A DNA stretch of 64,000 bases, from assembly GCA_951406725.2 (NCBI GenBank), contig OX597825.1:68572001-68636000 (forward strand), read 5' to 3'. Under the pieces are notes generated by a model. That model was given only the letters and a program-made list of their open reading frames with translations. It was not told the DNA's origin and made no database searches. This DNA is from Octopus vulgaris. Lineage: Eukaryota. The position numbers and the translations under genes are program-made. Below, piece by piece: positions 1 to 11,844 of the stretch. The stretch's first letter is position 1, and each line of letters opens with the position of its first letter.

Positions 1-397
1 ATGTTTCAGTGTGAAGCACTATAATAAAGAGAGAGTGGGGAGGGGGGTGAAAGTATGAAGGAGCAGTGAAGTGGGTATGAAATTATTTTCTCTAAAAACA
101 AGGATCAAGTGTTTCAAAATGAGGACAAAAAAAAAAAAATACAAGTAGTAGCTGCTGCCATGAAGGTGAAATTGAGGGGAGGGGGGGGGGGGATTAAAAA
201 AAAAAAAAAAAAACACCACTCACCATGGTTTTGAAATGCAAGGTCAAAAAATTGGAAAAGCTGAGAAAAAAAAAAAGCCACTGCCCGCCATGGTTTTGAA
301 ATTTGGGATAAAAAAAAAAACTTGTGTGACAGCTATTCTGGAAATTTGCCAATTAAGTTCAGCTTATATCAGCTTATAATGAAACTTTAGGGTTAGC

Positions 398-432
<35 letters not shown>

Positions 433-689
433 TTTTGTAGGAATAAATTCTGAACCCTTGTTGTGCTGCATCCAGGATGGAAGCCACAGTGTTCCTCAGT
501 TAGGTTGGGCTCAATTTCCCTACATCCCTTTCCCAGACACCTAGCATTGACTTTTCCAGGATGGCTTAACAAAGAGACTCCTTTATAATTAGAGCAGGCT
601 CTCTAGTATCCCTTTTTAAAGATTGGGATTATCACTACAGACTGCCACTGTTCTGGTGACTTTTCAAAGGTGCAAGCTACCTGGCATAG

Positions 690-950
690 TGGAGGCAAGT
701 AGCTTAGTGGTTAGGGTGTTGGAATCATGATTGTAAGATTGTGGCGGTTTCGATTCCAGGACTGGGTAACACAGGTTCTTGAGCAAAACACTTCATTTCA
801 CATTGCTCCAGTCCACTCAGCTGGCAAAAGTGAGTTAACTTGTGATGGACCAGTGTCCTGTCCAGGTGGGAAATATATATACCATGAAACCAGCCCTTAC
901 GAATTGGTAGGATTCGAGAAGGTAACTTCTAAGTTTACCTGGCATATGCA
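690..950 (+). mobile_element. tRNA-derived SINE (family D); related copies at about 7862-8118(-), 29050-29275(-), 30728-30990(+), 58220-58445(+), 60420-60680(+)
   Basis: A-box-like TAGCTTAGTGG and B-box-like GTTTCGATTCC; body ttgagcaaaacacttcatttcacattgctccagt and gatggac..tcctgtccagg shared between copies. Confidence 0.8.
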
Positions 951-1069
951 TTAACCAGAGAATAACCAAGGGGCAGACCAAGAACAAGACAGTTGGATAA
1001 TAATCTATACTTTCATTTGATCATGCTTGGGAATACAGGTGGAAAGTGTAACGATAACTGCTTCCGATC

Positions 1070-1183
1070 GGGCTGTGGGAGAGGTGCCCGACGGGGCTGT
1101 GGGAGAGGTGCCCGACGGGGCTGTGGGAAAGGTGCCCGACGGGGCTATGGGAAAGGTGCCCGACAGGGCTGTGGAAGAGGTGC
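1070..1183. repeat. 24-bp GC-rich minisatellite, about 4.7 copies
   Basis: Unit gggctgtgggagaggtgcccgacg repeated in tandem. Confidence 0.95.
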
Positions 1184-1646
1184 TTGAGTATCCTACTTCC
1201 ATGACCTTTCAAGGAATATTTGGCAGACAAAATGGATGGATGGAATATTAAATTAGTATATTTTTTTTCTTTATCCATAGAGAAGAAGAGACTAGAGAAT
1301 TGAAGAGGGGGGTTATTGAAGAGCAAGCAAGAGACAAATTGCTGAGTTAAATAAAGTTGAAATGGTTTTAAAATTTGCCCAATAGCATGGCCAATAGAAC
1401 TTGTTTTCTCATTAACAAAGAAAGGTGAGAGGAAAAAAAAAAAAATAAATTTTCGTGTTTGTGTGTGTAGGTATTTTGACAGTTTGAGAAACATTGCTAA
1501 GGTAGTTGTGGTCTTTAACCAGTATTAAAACAAATTGAAGAAAAATAAATTATACTTATCTCACTAAATAACATACATTATTAAATATTAAGAAAAAAAA
1601 AATCCCAATAAATAAATGAAATTAAATAAAACCTCAATATTTACAA

Positions 1647-2934
1647 TTATTTCCGTTGGAAAAAAACTTCCAGTGTTTTCATGTGGGGGTTACTTTTAGG
1701 CCGTTTCTCTTTATTCTTAGCAGTTTGGATTTTCCTCTTTTGTGTTGGATTTGATGTTCTGTGATTGGGATTCCCATGAGTCATATTTCTGTCAACAGTT
1801 CTCTGTAGTTGCTGAGCAAAATGGTAATCTTGGTGTTCCAGCAGGTCCCAAACAAGGATTTTCTTCATGCAGTCTTGACATTCTACATAATCCACCTCAT
1901 CTCTTCTATCAGAATGCAATGAATAATCTGCAGAATGGCAAGAATCAACTGAATCCTCGTTAAAGACAGTCTGTTTGTCAAATGACGGCTTTTGAGAACA
2001 GGTCGACTTTTCCTGATAGGGAACAGGTACAGTATCACTTCTTAAACTCTCAGATGCATAAACTTCCTTCTCTTTCTCCTCCTCCTCATCATCATCAGTT
2101 ACATAAATTACAGATACCTCATCACCAGGAACATTACAAGTATCAGGAGCAGCAGTACCATCTGAGGAATCACAAGATTTCAATGCAAGGCCATTATTAT
2201 GAACAACATCTGTATTTGAAGAATTTGAAATGTCTTCTGTGGTGGAAATATTATCAAATTGAGTTGGAAATGAATTTTCAAAAACTACCCCTTGGTGTCC
2301 AGGTTGGAGTAATTTTTCTTCACCAGTAGATGAACCGACCGGTTTTACTGAATAGTCTTTTAGTTTCTGTATCTCATTTTGTTTCATTGCAAAGAAGCTA
2401 CTCGTATGTTTACTTTCAGCCTCGTCTCCCTCACTAGAAATTCCACTGGCATCAGGTGAAGAACCATTAGGTTTTAAAACTCCACTAAATGATTTAGGAA
2501 AAGAACTTTCCAAAACTTTCCGTGAAAAAAAACTTTCGATTGTATCTTTATTAAGTCTATTATTATCATCAGCATCATTCCCAGGAAGCTCTGGGATGGT
2601 GCTTGAACAATTTATTTGTCTTTGGTTTGTAGATGATGGCTCAATTTGTGAAACTTCAATGTTCTTTAAATATGATGTTAAAGTGTTATTCTGTGATATA
2701 AGAGACGGCTTCTTGATAGATTTTGAGTTGGAGGTCTTAAGCACCTTTTGGCTAAAGCCGTCAGTTTCCGCCTGTTGGATTTGTAAGCTAACGTTGTTGG
2801 CCACGAAGGATGACCTCACAGCTTGAGTATTGCTTATTTGTTTTTTAATGAGAGCAGAAATACTGCCAGTCTGAACAGAAGGAATGTCGACAAATTTTCC
2901 TACTGAAATACTAAGCATCAGAATTGGAGGTGAC
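1647..2934 (-). CDS. POLH: DNA polymerase eta, last coding exon (end of little-finger domain, disordered C-tail, UBZ, NLS, PIP box)
   Basis: Acceptor ttcgttatcAG at 2935-2936. Reads (W)SPPILMLSISVGKF (human WSPPLTMLFLCATKF). Contains FF motifs TIESFFSRK and TSSFFAMK, UBZ-type zinc finger ECQDCMKKILVWDLLEHQDYHFAQQLQ, basic NLS KRK..KRPK and terminal PIP box MKTLEVFF. Stop at 1647-1649. Confidence 0.95.
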
Positions 2935-3782
2935 CTGATAACGAAACAAAAAAGAAAAAAAGAAAAGGGATAAGATATTTTTAGAAGTAAAAATGATTGA
3001 GTTTACATTCAAGAGCATAAATTTCAAAGTGTCAACAATATGGACAAAGAGGGAAGGCACTTGAGAAAGGTATAAATGGCACACAATCTCATTCTATCGT
3101 GTCTTATAAATAAGAGGGGTCTTGTCTATGTAAGGACTGAATATTGTCACAGAAATAGGGCAGAAATTCTAAGTGAGGGACCAGACATAGGTCTTGTATT
3201 TATTTTTATATCTCCATGTTCTGACTTCAAATCCTACTCAAGATTTTATTCCTGATGTGAGTGACCTCAATTACTGTCATAAACCAGTTCAAAGAAAGCT
3301 TTTATTCAAACTTTATTTCTGCTTACCATCTAATCTGTTAATCACGGCCATCTAATGTTTAAGACATATTTTATATTAGGTAAAGCCAGTATCTATCAAT
3401 GTCATTCGACACTATGCTACATTTTCAATACAAAATAAGATAATTTTTTATCTATTACTATTGTAGAAAGGAATTAATGGTAGGATATTATAATTTATAA
3501 CAATTACTTTGGCAGCATCTTTAAGATGGTACGATTTTATCCCACCCTCTGCAATAATCTTACATCCAAATAATGATTAGTATTAAAAACAAAAAAGTAG
3601 TACAGAGCTAAAGTTATGAGAGATAAATGCAACAGTTACTACTGTTGATCATTATGACAATCAACATTAAAATTTAGTGCCATGGCCAAAATAGGAAATG
3701 ATAGGGTACTCTAAACATGTTATTCTTTCTAGTTTCATTCAGTTACATTCTGAATTCAAATCCTTTCATCATTCTGGTGTGA

Positions 3783-4040
3783 TCATCATCGTTTAACATC
3801 CGTTCTCCATGCTAGCATGGGTTGGACGGTTCGACCGAGGATCTGGGAAGCCAGAAGGTTGCACCAGGCTCCGGTCTTATCTGGCAATGTTTCTACAGCT
3901 GGATGCCCTTCCTAACGCCAACCACTCCGTGAGTGTAGTGGGTGCTTTTTACGTGCCACCTGCACTGGTGCCAGGCGAGGCTGGCGGATCGGATTGGTGC
4001 ATTTTACGTGCCACCTGCACGGAAGCCAGTCGAGGCGGCA
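3783..4040 (-). mobile_element. Non-autonomous retroelement with RTE-type 3' tail and (GAT)n end (family C)
   Basis: Shares ggcgttaggaagggcatccagctgtagaaac...ggacgttaaacgatgatg with other copies in the window. Confidence 0.75.
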
Positions 4041-4669
4041 CTAAAAAAAAAATTTCTCTCCCTCTTTCTTTCATGCACCATGCCTATGGTACCAGCAAAA
4101 ATGGATTTCTGAGTCACAATCTGAAGATGCATCACTTCTCTTAGAAAATACTGTTTTTCCATTAACCTTCTGACAATTTATTTGCAGTTTATTCTGTTAG
4201 TCTCCAGCTCTCTTCAGCTAAACTTCAGGTTCAGAGCTCATTTGACCCTTAAACAAGGGTATTGGTTCAGGTAACATCAGGGAGTGTTCACAAGTCCACA
4301 AACTGGTGGGACTGCATGATACACTTCTAAGGGCCATCCCACTTCCTGTTTTAGTCACAAGACTATTTCTGCTATCTGACCCATAACTGAAACCCTTTGA
4401 CAGGTACAACCACTTTGGGTCTAAGCATACTTGGGAAGAGTAGTGGTTAAGGTGTAGTTCTACACCCCACAAAACTCCACAATTCCTGAACTGGAGCATC
4501 AACACCCGATGCAATTCTGTGTCATGCCCGGGACAAAATACCAGTTATATACTGAGGTTCGATCCAATCAACTATTTTGCATTATGCCATCGCAAGGAAT
4601 CTCTATTAACCCTTTGGTTGGGTGTGGCTTATTGACACAGCTAACTTGTGAAGAAGACAGGTGTGGTAT

Positions 4670-4990
4670 ATACTCTTTTTACATGTTTCGGTCATTTGAC
4701 TGCGGCCATGCTGGAGCACCGCCTTTAGTCGAGCAAATCGACCCTGGGACTTATTCTTTGTAAGCCCAGCATCATTTGTCAAGCAATGCTAGGGGTACAA
4801 ACACAGACACACAAGCACATACATACATACATATATACAACAGGCTTCTTTCAGTTTCCGTCTACCAAATCCACTCAAGGCATTGGTCGGCCCAGGGCTA
4901 TAGCAGAAGACACTTGCCCAAGATGCCATGCAGTGGGATTGAACCTGGAACCATGTGGTTGGTTAGCAAGCTACTTACCACACAGCCACT
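4670..4990 (-). mobile_element. tRNA-derived SINE (family A, octopus OK/OR-type)
   Basis: Reverse complement of the 9396-9780 element, with an internal deletion. Confidence 0.85.
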
Positions 4991-5049
4991 CCTGTATCTT
5001 TTCCCTTATTTCCCCAGCCCCGTCCCGCACAAAAACACTTGTTATTTAT

Positions 5050-5390
5050 ACTTTGGAGAAGACTTTTATGGATTCCATGGACAGCGAGGCTCACCAATGG
5101 AGAAGTTCTTAACCAGATCAAGCTGAAACTGTCGCTGGAAGCTAGGATCACCAAGCATAGATGGATATATTTTGGTCATTATGCGGAGAAAATCCCTGGA
5201 GAAGGACATCAAGCTCGGAATGGTCAGTGGCAAGAGAGGATGAGGCCAACCAAGAACCTGCTGGCTTGACACCATTAAGAGTGACACGGGAATGGCCATA
5301 GCCAATCTGAAAGAAGCGACCCAGGATAGAACTGGCTGGAGGACACTGATCCATCGAGTAACCGAGAGTCGACTTCGGCTGAGCAGATAG
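5050..5390 (+). mobile_element. RTE-clade LINE 3' fragment (RT C-terminus, frameshifted)
   Basis: Reads WRRLLWIPWTARLTNGEVL...YFGH, then SLEKDIKLGMVSGKR..G.P..WLDTIK..DRTGWR, typical of RTE/BovB. Confidence 0.85.
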
Positions 5391-5412
5391 ATAAATAGAT
5401 TTATACCCAGCC

Positions 5413-5641
5413 TTAACCCTTTAGCGTTTAAACCGGCCATATCCGGCCAAAGATTTTCTGCCTGTTTTATGTTCAAACTAGCCATATCTGGTCTCTCACA
5501 CCAACCCTACAACATCGTTTTAAAAATTAACAGCTACCTCATCAAAATCTCATAGCTACAAGATAATGCATGATTAATTCAAAACAATGTGGATGAAGAA
5601 GCATTCATTTTGGCAGAATAATGCAAACACTAAAGGGTTAA
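5413..5641. mobile_element. piggyBac-like MITE; related degenerate copy at 59560-59745
   Basis: TTAA at both ends; TIRs CCCTTTAGCGTTT and AAACACTAAAGGG. Confidence 0.8.
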
Positions 5642-5676
5642 AGAGTTAAATGGGAAACAAAAACCATGCCACTTAC

Positions 5677-5855
5677 CATGATGCTTGATGCGGAGGGCTT
5701 AGATTGAATTGTTGCAGCAGAGAAAACGCACAATTAGCAATTTTCTCAGCACTGTATTGCACAACTGCTGTTGTACGACTGCTTGATTGAATTGTTCGAT
5801 TAACAGGACTTTGGAATCGAAGACTGGTAATCATCGATGTTGCAGTTCGTTTATT
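5677..5855 (-). CDS. POLH: DNA polymerase eta internal exon (179 nt)
   Basis: AG and GTAAGT boundaries. Reads NKRTATSMITSLRF...SSRTTAVVQYSAEKIANCAFSLLQQFN...ASW. Phase fits both neighbours. Confidence 0.92.
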
Positions 5856-5989
5856 CTAAAAATATTGAAGAATTAACAGTCAATAGTTTAAACTCTTTAA
5901 TTTATTTTATTCAGACTTAATTTGTTTAATGTGTTCCAGTTTTTTGAAAACAGTACAATGTGTCCCTGTCCATTGTGAAATGGTATGGT

Positions 5990-7152
5990 GCAGCTGTGTG
6001 GTAACAGGCTTGCTACCCAACCACATGGTTCAGTGTTCAGTCACATTGTATGATACCTTGGGTAAGTGTTTACTATAGCCTCGGGCTCACCAAAGCCATG
6101 AGTGGATTTGGTAGGCGGAAACTGAAAGAAGCCCATCATGTATATGCGTGTCCCTGTTTGTCCCCCACCACCATCGCTTGACAACTGATGTTGGTGTGTT
6201 TATGTCCCCATATCTTAGAAGTTTTGCAAAAAAGAGGGAGTAAGTACTAGGCTTATAAATGATGATGAATTTGTCAGACAATTTCAGGATGAACTTACAT
6301 TTTCTTTATCTTTAATTAGCCTTTCTTCAACTTCTGTAGCCAGTTGTTTCAACCAATGTTTCACCTGGAATAAACAGAAAAAAAAAGAAAAAATCTCAGT
6401 GTTCTGCTTCATAAAACAAACTTTAGGCACAGGAGTGGGTGTGCAGTAAGTAGCTTGTTTACCAACCACATGGTTCTGGTTTCAGTCCCACTGCGTGGCA
6501 CCTTGGGCAAGTGTCTTCTACTATAGCCTTGGGTTGACCAAAGCCTTGTGAGTGGATTTGGTAGATGGAAACTGAAAGAAGCCCGTCATATATATATGTG
6601 AGTATGTGTCTGTATTTGTCCCCCCAACATTGCTTGACAACCGATGCTGGTGTGTTTACGTTGCCGTAACATTAACAGTTCGGCAAAAGAGACCAATAGA
6701 AAAAGTACTAGGCTTACAAAGAATAAGTCCTGGGGTCGATTTGCTCGACTAAAGGTGGTGCTCCAGCATGGCCAGTCAAAAAGAGTAAAGAGTATATTCT
6801 ACATTATATCCTTTATCTGTTTCAGTCATTGCACTGCGGCCATGCTGGGGCACCACCTTGAAAAATTCTTAGTCGAATCAATTATCCCCAGTACTTATTT
6901 TTTTTTTTAAAGCCTAGTACTTATTCTGTCAGGGTCTCTTGCTGAACTGCTATGTTACAGGGACATAAACACACCAACACCAATGTCAACATATATACGA
7001 CAGGCTTCTTTTAGTTTCCGTCAACCAAATCCACTCACAAGGCTTTGGTTGGCCCAATGGTATAGTAGAAAACACTTGCCCAAGGTTCCACGCAGTGGAA
7101 CTGAACCCGAAACCATGTGGTTGGTAGGCAAGCTACTTACCACAGAGCCACT
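5990..7152. mobile_element. Three family-A SINE copies, about 5990-6256(+), 6426-6790(+) and 6810-7152(-), around the POLH 66-nt exon
   Basis: Similarity to the 9396-9780 element. Confidence 0.85.
6299..6364 (-). CDS. POLH: DNA polymerase eta internal exon (66 nt)
   Basis: ttccAG and GTAAGT boundaries. Reads VKHWLKQLATEVEERLIKDKEN (human VQWWLLQLAQELEERLTKDRND). Confidence 0.95.
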
Positions 7153-7682
7153 CACTTCAGACTAGCAGATTCGATTTTGCTTCAGTGGTGACACAAGTAT
7201 GCAACACTGATACACTACAACTATGGTAAAATGTGTATATGTCACTCTCATGGTCACTTCTGAGGTGATATCATTGACTTTGAAGTGTAGTTTTTCAACA
7301 CTGGATGTCATTAAAGAGATTTTTTCCAAAATAGAAAAGACAACTCACATTAAGTATGTTGTACTAGTAAAGAGTATTAAATATTTGGGTTTGGTCAGCC
7401 TGGAGTTTTAGAGGACACTTGCCCAAGGTGCCAAGCAGTGGGAAGCAAACTTAATCACACAGCCACACAAACCAATATATCAAGTCACATTTTTTTTGTG
7501 CCAAAGGGATAATAGTTATTGGACAGTAAAATAAATGATTGAAAAATCCCTTGACAGTAGTGCCCCAGCCCAACCATGAGTGGATTTGGTAGATGGAACC
7601 TGAAAGAAGCCTGTCATGTGCGTGTGCGTATATATATATATATATCTGCACGCATTTTTTTTCTCTCCTTCTTCTCTGTGTA

Positions 7683-7720
7683 TCTTTCTGTTGAAGAGCG
7701 TAGGCTCGAAACGTTAAAGA
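7683..7720 (+). ncRNA. Minimal type I hammerhead-ribozyme-like motif with variant core CUGUUGA, inside a repeat at about 7648-7850
   Basis: TCTTT-CTGTTGA-A-GAGC-gtag-GCTC-GAAA-CG-TT-AAAGA: helix I TCTTT/AAAGA, helix II GAGC/GCTC, palindromic AACGTT at helix III. Confidence 0.5.
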
Positions 7721-8423
7721 CTTGTTTTATTTATATTTCCTGAGCGCCATACTAATACAATTGTTTGTTTGTATTCCACCTGCCTTCGTCTTTTGTTTAT
7801 TTCCGTAAACCTGCCTTCGTCTTTTGTCTATTTTCATAAAGCTTCCCGTTATATATATATATAGGAGCACTCCGTCGGTTACGATGACAAGGGTCCCAGC
7901 TGATATGATCAACGGAACAGCTTGCTCGTGAAATTAACGTGCAAGTGGCTGAGCACTCCACAGACATGTGTATCCTTAACGTAGTTCTTGGGGAGATTCA
8001 GCGTAACACAGTGTGTGACAAGGCTGCTGGTCCTTTGAAATACAGGTACAACTCATTTTTACCAGCTGAGTGGACTGGAGCAATGTGAAATGAAGTGTCT
8101 TGCTCAAGGACACAACACTGTGTCTGTCCCCCACCATCTCTTGACAATTGATGTTGGTGTGTTTACATCCCTGTAACCTAGCGGTGTGGCAAAGAGACCG
8201 ATAGAATAAGTACTAGGCTTACAAAGAATATATCCCCGGGGGTTGATTTCTTCAACTAAAACCCTTTAAGGCAGTGCTCCAGCATGGCCACAGTCAATGA
8301 CAAACAAGAATAAAAGAATTACTTTTATTTTAACCATTTATCTATTCCTCTACCTGTCTAGTCATTAAATGATTTATATGTTCATACACACACACACAAA
8401 TTTCTCAATATAAGATGTCTTAC

Positions 8424-8547
8424 CTTGTCTCTTGTGTCTAAAGCAGCTTTACCAAGAAAGTTCTTGCTGCATCCTATTGATTTTGGAACTTGTCTTGCCG
8501 TCACTGCTTCATTATCAGATCCTCGACAAAGCGCATGAAGCCAGGTT
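8424..8547 (-). CDS. POLH: DNA polymerase eta internal exon (124 nt)
   Basis: tttAG and GTAAGA boundaries. Reads TWLHALCRGSDNEAVTARQVPKSIGCSKNFLGKAALDTRDK; PKSIGCSKNF is a Pol eta signature. Confidence 0.96.
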
Positions 8548-9395
8548 CTAAAGTAAACAAATTTTTCTTTGGTGGTCATTCAGTTTTACACAGATTGTAG
8601 CTCAAAGCCAATCTAACTACTACGTTATTTCTAGAAACTTTCTACAAAGTCAATCTATCAAGTATGCACATGTGCACACGAGTTCATATTTTTTGTCATT
8701 AGAATGTTCACTGATTGTTAACCATGGCCTCACAAGTCAGACCAACGATGCCATTTGTTTGCAGTCCAAGACAAAAGAACATCCATGATGGATGTGATTT
8801 TTCTAAACAAAACGCTTGTTCATAAAGTGATGTTTCCAGATTACTGTATAACTATGTCCAGGTTGTCTGTTGTTCAACAGGCAAAATCATGACTTTATTT
8901 TGAAACTGGCAGAAGTTGGCATCAAGAAGGACACTTAGAATAGAAGGCTCTACTCCAACGCAAACTCATCTGACCCCCACAGCAATGGTAAGGTAGATGT
9001 ATCAATGAGGATTTTGGCTTTTATCTCTTCCACATGCCAACGGCACAGGTGCCTGTAAGGCGATGCTGGTAACGATCCTGCTCAAATGGTGCCTCCTACA
9101 TGCCACTGGCACGGAAGCCAGTTAGATGGTGCTCTTAGCACCCTACTAGCATGGGGCAGAAGTGCCAGTAAGGTGAAGCCGGCAACGATCACACTCGAAT
9201 GGTGCCTTTTATGTGCCACTGGCACAGAAGCCGGTTAGCTGCTCTGTCAACGATCACGCTCGCATGGTGCTCGTAGCAGTTTGGTAAAAAATAAGTACCG
9301 GGATCAAATTTGTTTGACTAAAAGTTCTTCAAAGCAGTGCCCCAGCATGGCTGCAGTCTAATGACTGAAACAAGAAAAAGATATCTAGACACATA

Positions 9396-9780
9396 CGCAG
9401 GAGTGGCTATGTGGTAAGTAGCTTGTTTACCAACCACATGGTCCCAGGTTCAGTCCCACTGCGTGGCACCTTGGGCAAGTGTCTTCTACTATAGCCTCGG
9501 ATCGACCAAAGCCTTGTGAGTGGATTTGGTAGACGGAAACTGAAAGAAGCCCATCATGTATATATATATATGCGTGTGTGTGTTTGTCCCCCTAGCATTG
9601 CTTGACAACCGATGCTGGTGTGTTTGTGTCCCTGTCACTTAGCAGTTCGGCAAAAGAGACCGATAGAATAAGTACTGGGCTTACAAAAGAATAAGTCCCG
9701 GGGTCGAGTTGCTCGATTAAAGGCGGTGCTCCAGCATGGCCGCAGTCAAATGACTGAAACAAGTAAAAGAGTAAGAGTAT
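9396..9780 (+). mobile_element. Full-length tRNA-derived SINE (family A); further copies at about 11910-12295(+), 15250-15630(-), 15848-16227(-), 32488-32830(+), 49360-49725(-), 50715-51060(-), 54568-54982(-), 56350-56600(-), 61070-61410(-)
   Basis: Head gcaggagtggct.tgtggtaag...ggttcagtccc (A/B boxes), internal (TA/TG)n, tail gactgaaacaagtaaaagagta. More than ten copies in the window. Confidence 0.9.
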
Positions 9781-10108
9781 ACGACTGTGGATGTGTTTGA
9801 TTTATTGTCTTTACATGCTTGCTTCCTAACCACATCATGGTTTTGAGTTCAAACCCACTGTGTAGAATTTTGGGCAGACCAAACCTGGTGAGTGCATGTG
9901 CATGTGTGTGCACACATGCGTCTTCCTGTCTTGGCATTCCGTATTAGTTGTAAATGAGTGTCACTGTCATACAAACAGTATCGTTCATTTCCAATATTCT
10001 ACAAAGAAATGTCTGGCCATGGGGAAATATTAGTTTGCTTGGAAATAGGCAAAAGTTGGCAACAAGAAGGGCCAAGGTGGTGTCTATGAATATCAAAAGG
10101 TTTCTTAC

Positions 10109-10228
10109 CCCGTTTTACTTCCATAAATGTCTATCAGGTGTTCTTTGGAGAACTGCCATAAATCAGACATCATCTCTATTCCATGGTCACGTTTTAAGTC
10201 ATCACCAAATTTACCGCCAAGGTTACGG
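10109..10228 (-). CDS. POLH: DNA polymerase eta internal exon (120 nt, thumb/HhH)
   Basis: ttttgcAG and GTAAG boundaries. Reads RNLGGKFGDDLKRDHGIEMMSDLWQFSKEHLIDIYGSKTG. Confidence 0.95.
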
Positions 10229-10579
10229 CTGCAAAAAGAAAAACCAGGGAAAAATATCAGAAAGTGGAGGGGGGGGGTTAAGTTGATTACATCAACCCCA
10301 CCAAAAAAAAAGGATGAAAAGCAACTTGAATTTGAATGCAGAATGTTAAAAACGGATGAAATGCAACTAAGCATTTTGCCTGGCATGCTAATGGTTCTGA
10401 TGGCTTGCCTCTATAATAATAATAATAATAATCCTTTCCACTATGGGCACAAAGCCTGAAACTTCGGGGGAGGGGATAAGTTGATTACATTGACCCCAAT
10501 GCTCCATTGGTACTTATTTATCGACCCCGAAAGGATGAAAGGCAAAGATGACCTTGGTTGAATTTGAACTCTCGTTGAC

Positions 10580-11050
10580 AGAGTGGCTAACCGGCTTCCA
10601 TGCCAGTGGCACATAGAAGGCACCATTCGAGTGTGATCGTTACCAGCATCACCATACTGGCACTTGAGCCCCGTGCTGGTTGGGTGCTAAGAGCACCATC
10701 CAAGCGTGATCGTTGCCAGAACGGCTAACTGGCCTCTGTGCCGGTGGCACGTTTTAAAGCCACCATTCGAGCATGATCGTTACCAACATCGCCTTACTGG
10801 CACCTATGCTGGTGGCATGTGTAAAAAGATTCGAGCGAGGTCATTGCCAGTACCGCCTGACTGGCCCCCGTGCCGGTGGCACATAAAAGCACCCACTACA
10901 CTCTCGGAGTGGTTGGTGTTAGGAAGGGCATCTAGCTGTAAAAACTCTGCCAGATCAAGATTGAAGCCTGGTGCAGCCATCTGGTTCACCAGCCCTCAGT
11001 CAAATCGTCTAACCCATGCTAGCATGGAAAGCGGACATTAAACAATGATG
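10580..11050 (+). mobile_element. Family-C RTE-tailed element with internal tandem repeats; other copies at about 9020-9280, 14491-14920(-), 22415-22695, 23310-23737, 26447-26605, 49105-49262(-)
   Basis: Repeated gtgccggtggcac..aaaagcaccat units followed by the shared 3' tail. Confidence 0.8.
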
Positions 11051-11199
11051 AACCAAATGTCACTAAGCATTTTGTCTAGTGTGCTAACAATTTTGCCAGC
11101 TTGCCGCCTTAATAAAATAATAGTTTCAAATTTTGGTATAAGTCCTGCAATTTTTGAGAGGGAGGGTATTAGTTGATTCCATCAACCTCAATACTTCAC

Positions 11200-11420
11200 T
11201 GAGAAACGTTAGCACACCGGGCCAAATGCGTAGCCGTATTTCGTCTGTCGTTACGTTGTGAGTTCAAATTCCGCCGAGGTCGACCTTGCCTTTCATCCTT
11301 TCGGGGTCGATTAAATAAGTACCAGTTACGCACTGGGGTCGATATAATCGACTTAATAGCTATTTCTGTCCTTGTTTGTCCCCACTGTGTTTAGCCCCTT
11401 GTGGGTAATAAAGAAATAGA
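11200..11420 (+). mobile_element. tRNA-derived SINE with Nin-like domain (family B); other copies at about 13930-14032, 24392-24527, 27178-27408, 36036-36280, 41725-41875, 59806-60038
   Basis: B box gagttcaaattcc, central gtcgactttgcctttcatcctttcggggtcgataaa..agtacc, tail aataaagaaata. Short TSDs at the 36 kb copy (agggaccttcat) and the 59.8 kb copy (atattgttggaag). Confidence 0.88.
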
Positions 11421-11740
11421 AATAGGTATTTTATCAACCACAATAGAATGAAATGTAAAGTTAACCTCAGCAGGATTTGAACCCAGAAACCAGTCATACA
11501 GAACCAGAAGAATTATTGAAAAGAATTTTTTCCCCACTAACATTAATGATTTTGCCAAACTATTGCCCTAATAATTTTATACCTTCATATAAAGCCTGAA
11601 ATTTGGCAGAGGATATTAATCTTAAATAACTTGACTGGTAACTTATTTCATCAAACCCCAAAAAGAGGAAAAGCAGAGTCAAACTCTATGAGATTTGAGC
11701 TCAAATAATATAACAAATGAAATCAAAAGAGATGCCTTAC

Positions 11741-11844
11741 ACTTTGCTTATCGGGATTGTTTTGAAGAGTTCTTCAACACCTGAATGTGGCAGAACTGTC
11801 TGTTGATTTGGCTTATGAAGACCAGCTGCTAATTTAGACAGCAT
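11741..11844 (-). CDS. POLH: DNA polymerase eta internal exon (104 nt); most 5' exon detected
   Basis: catcAG and GTAAGG boundaries. Reads MLSKLAAGLHKPNQQTVLPHSGVEELFKTIPISKV, the Y-family LAKLA..L.KPN.QT motif. Confidence 0.95.

Noticed and set aside
993-1251. Repetitive ORFs (RGARRGCG, VPDGAVGE) and a CRISPR-like look
   Set aside because: Head-to-tail 24-bp minisatellite with no unique spacers, in a eukaryotic context.
1742-2826. Plus-strand ORFs overlapping the POLH last exon
   Set aside because: Antisense shadow frames with no recognisable features.
9396-9470. tRNA-like A/B boxes at SINE heads
   Set aside because: They continue into SINE bodies and form no complete cloverleaf, so they are not tRNA genes.
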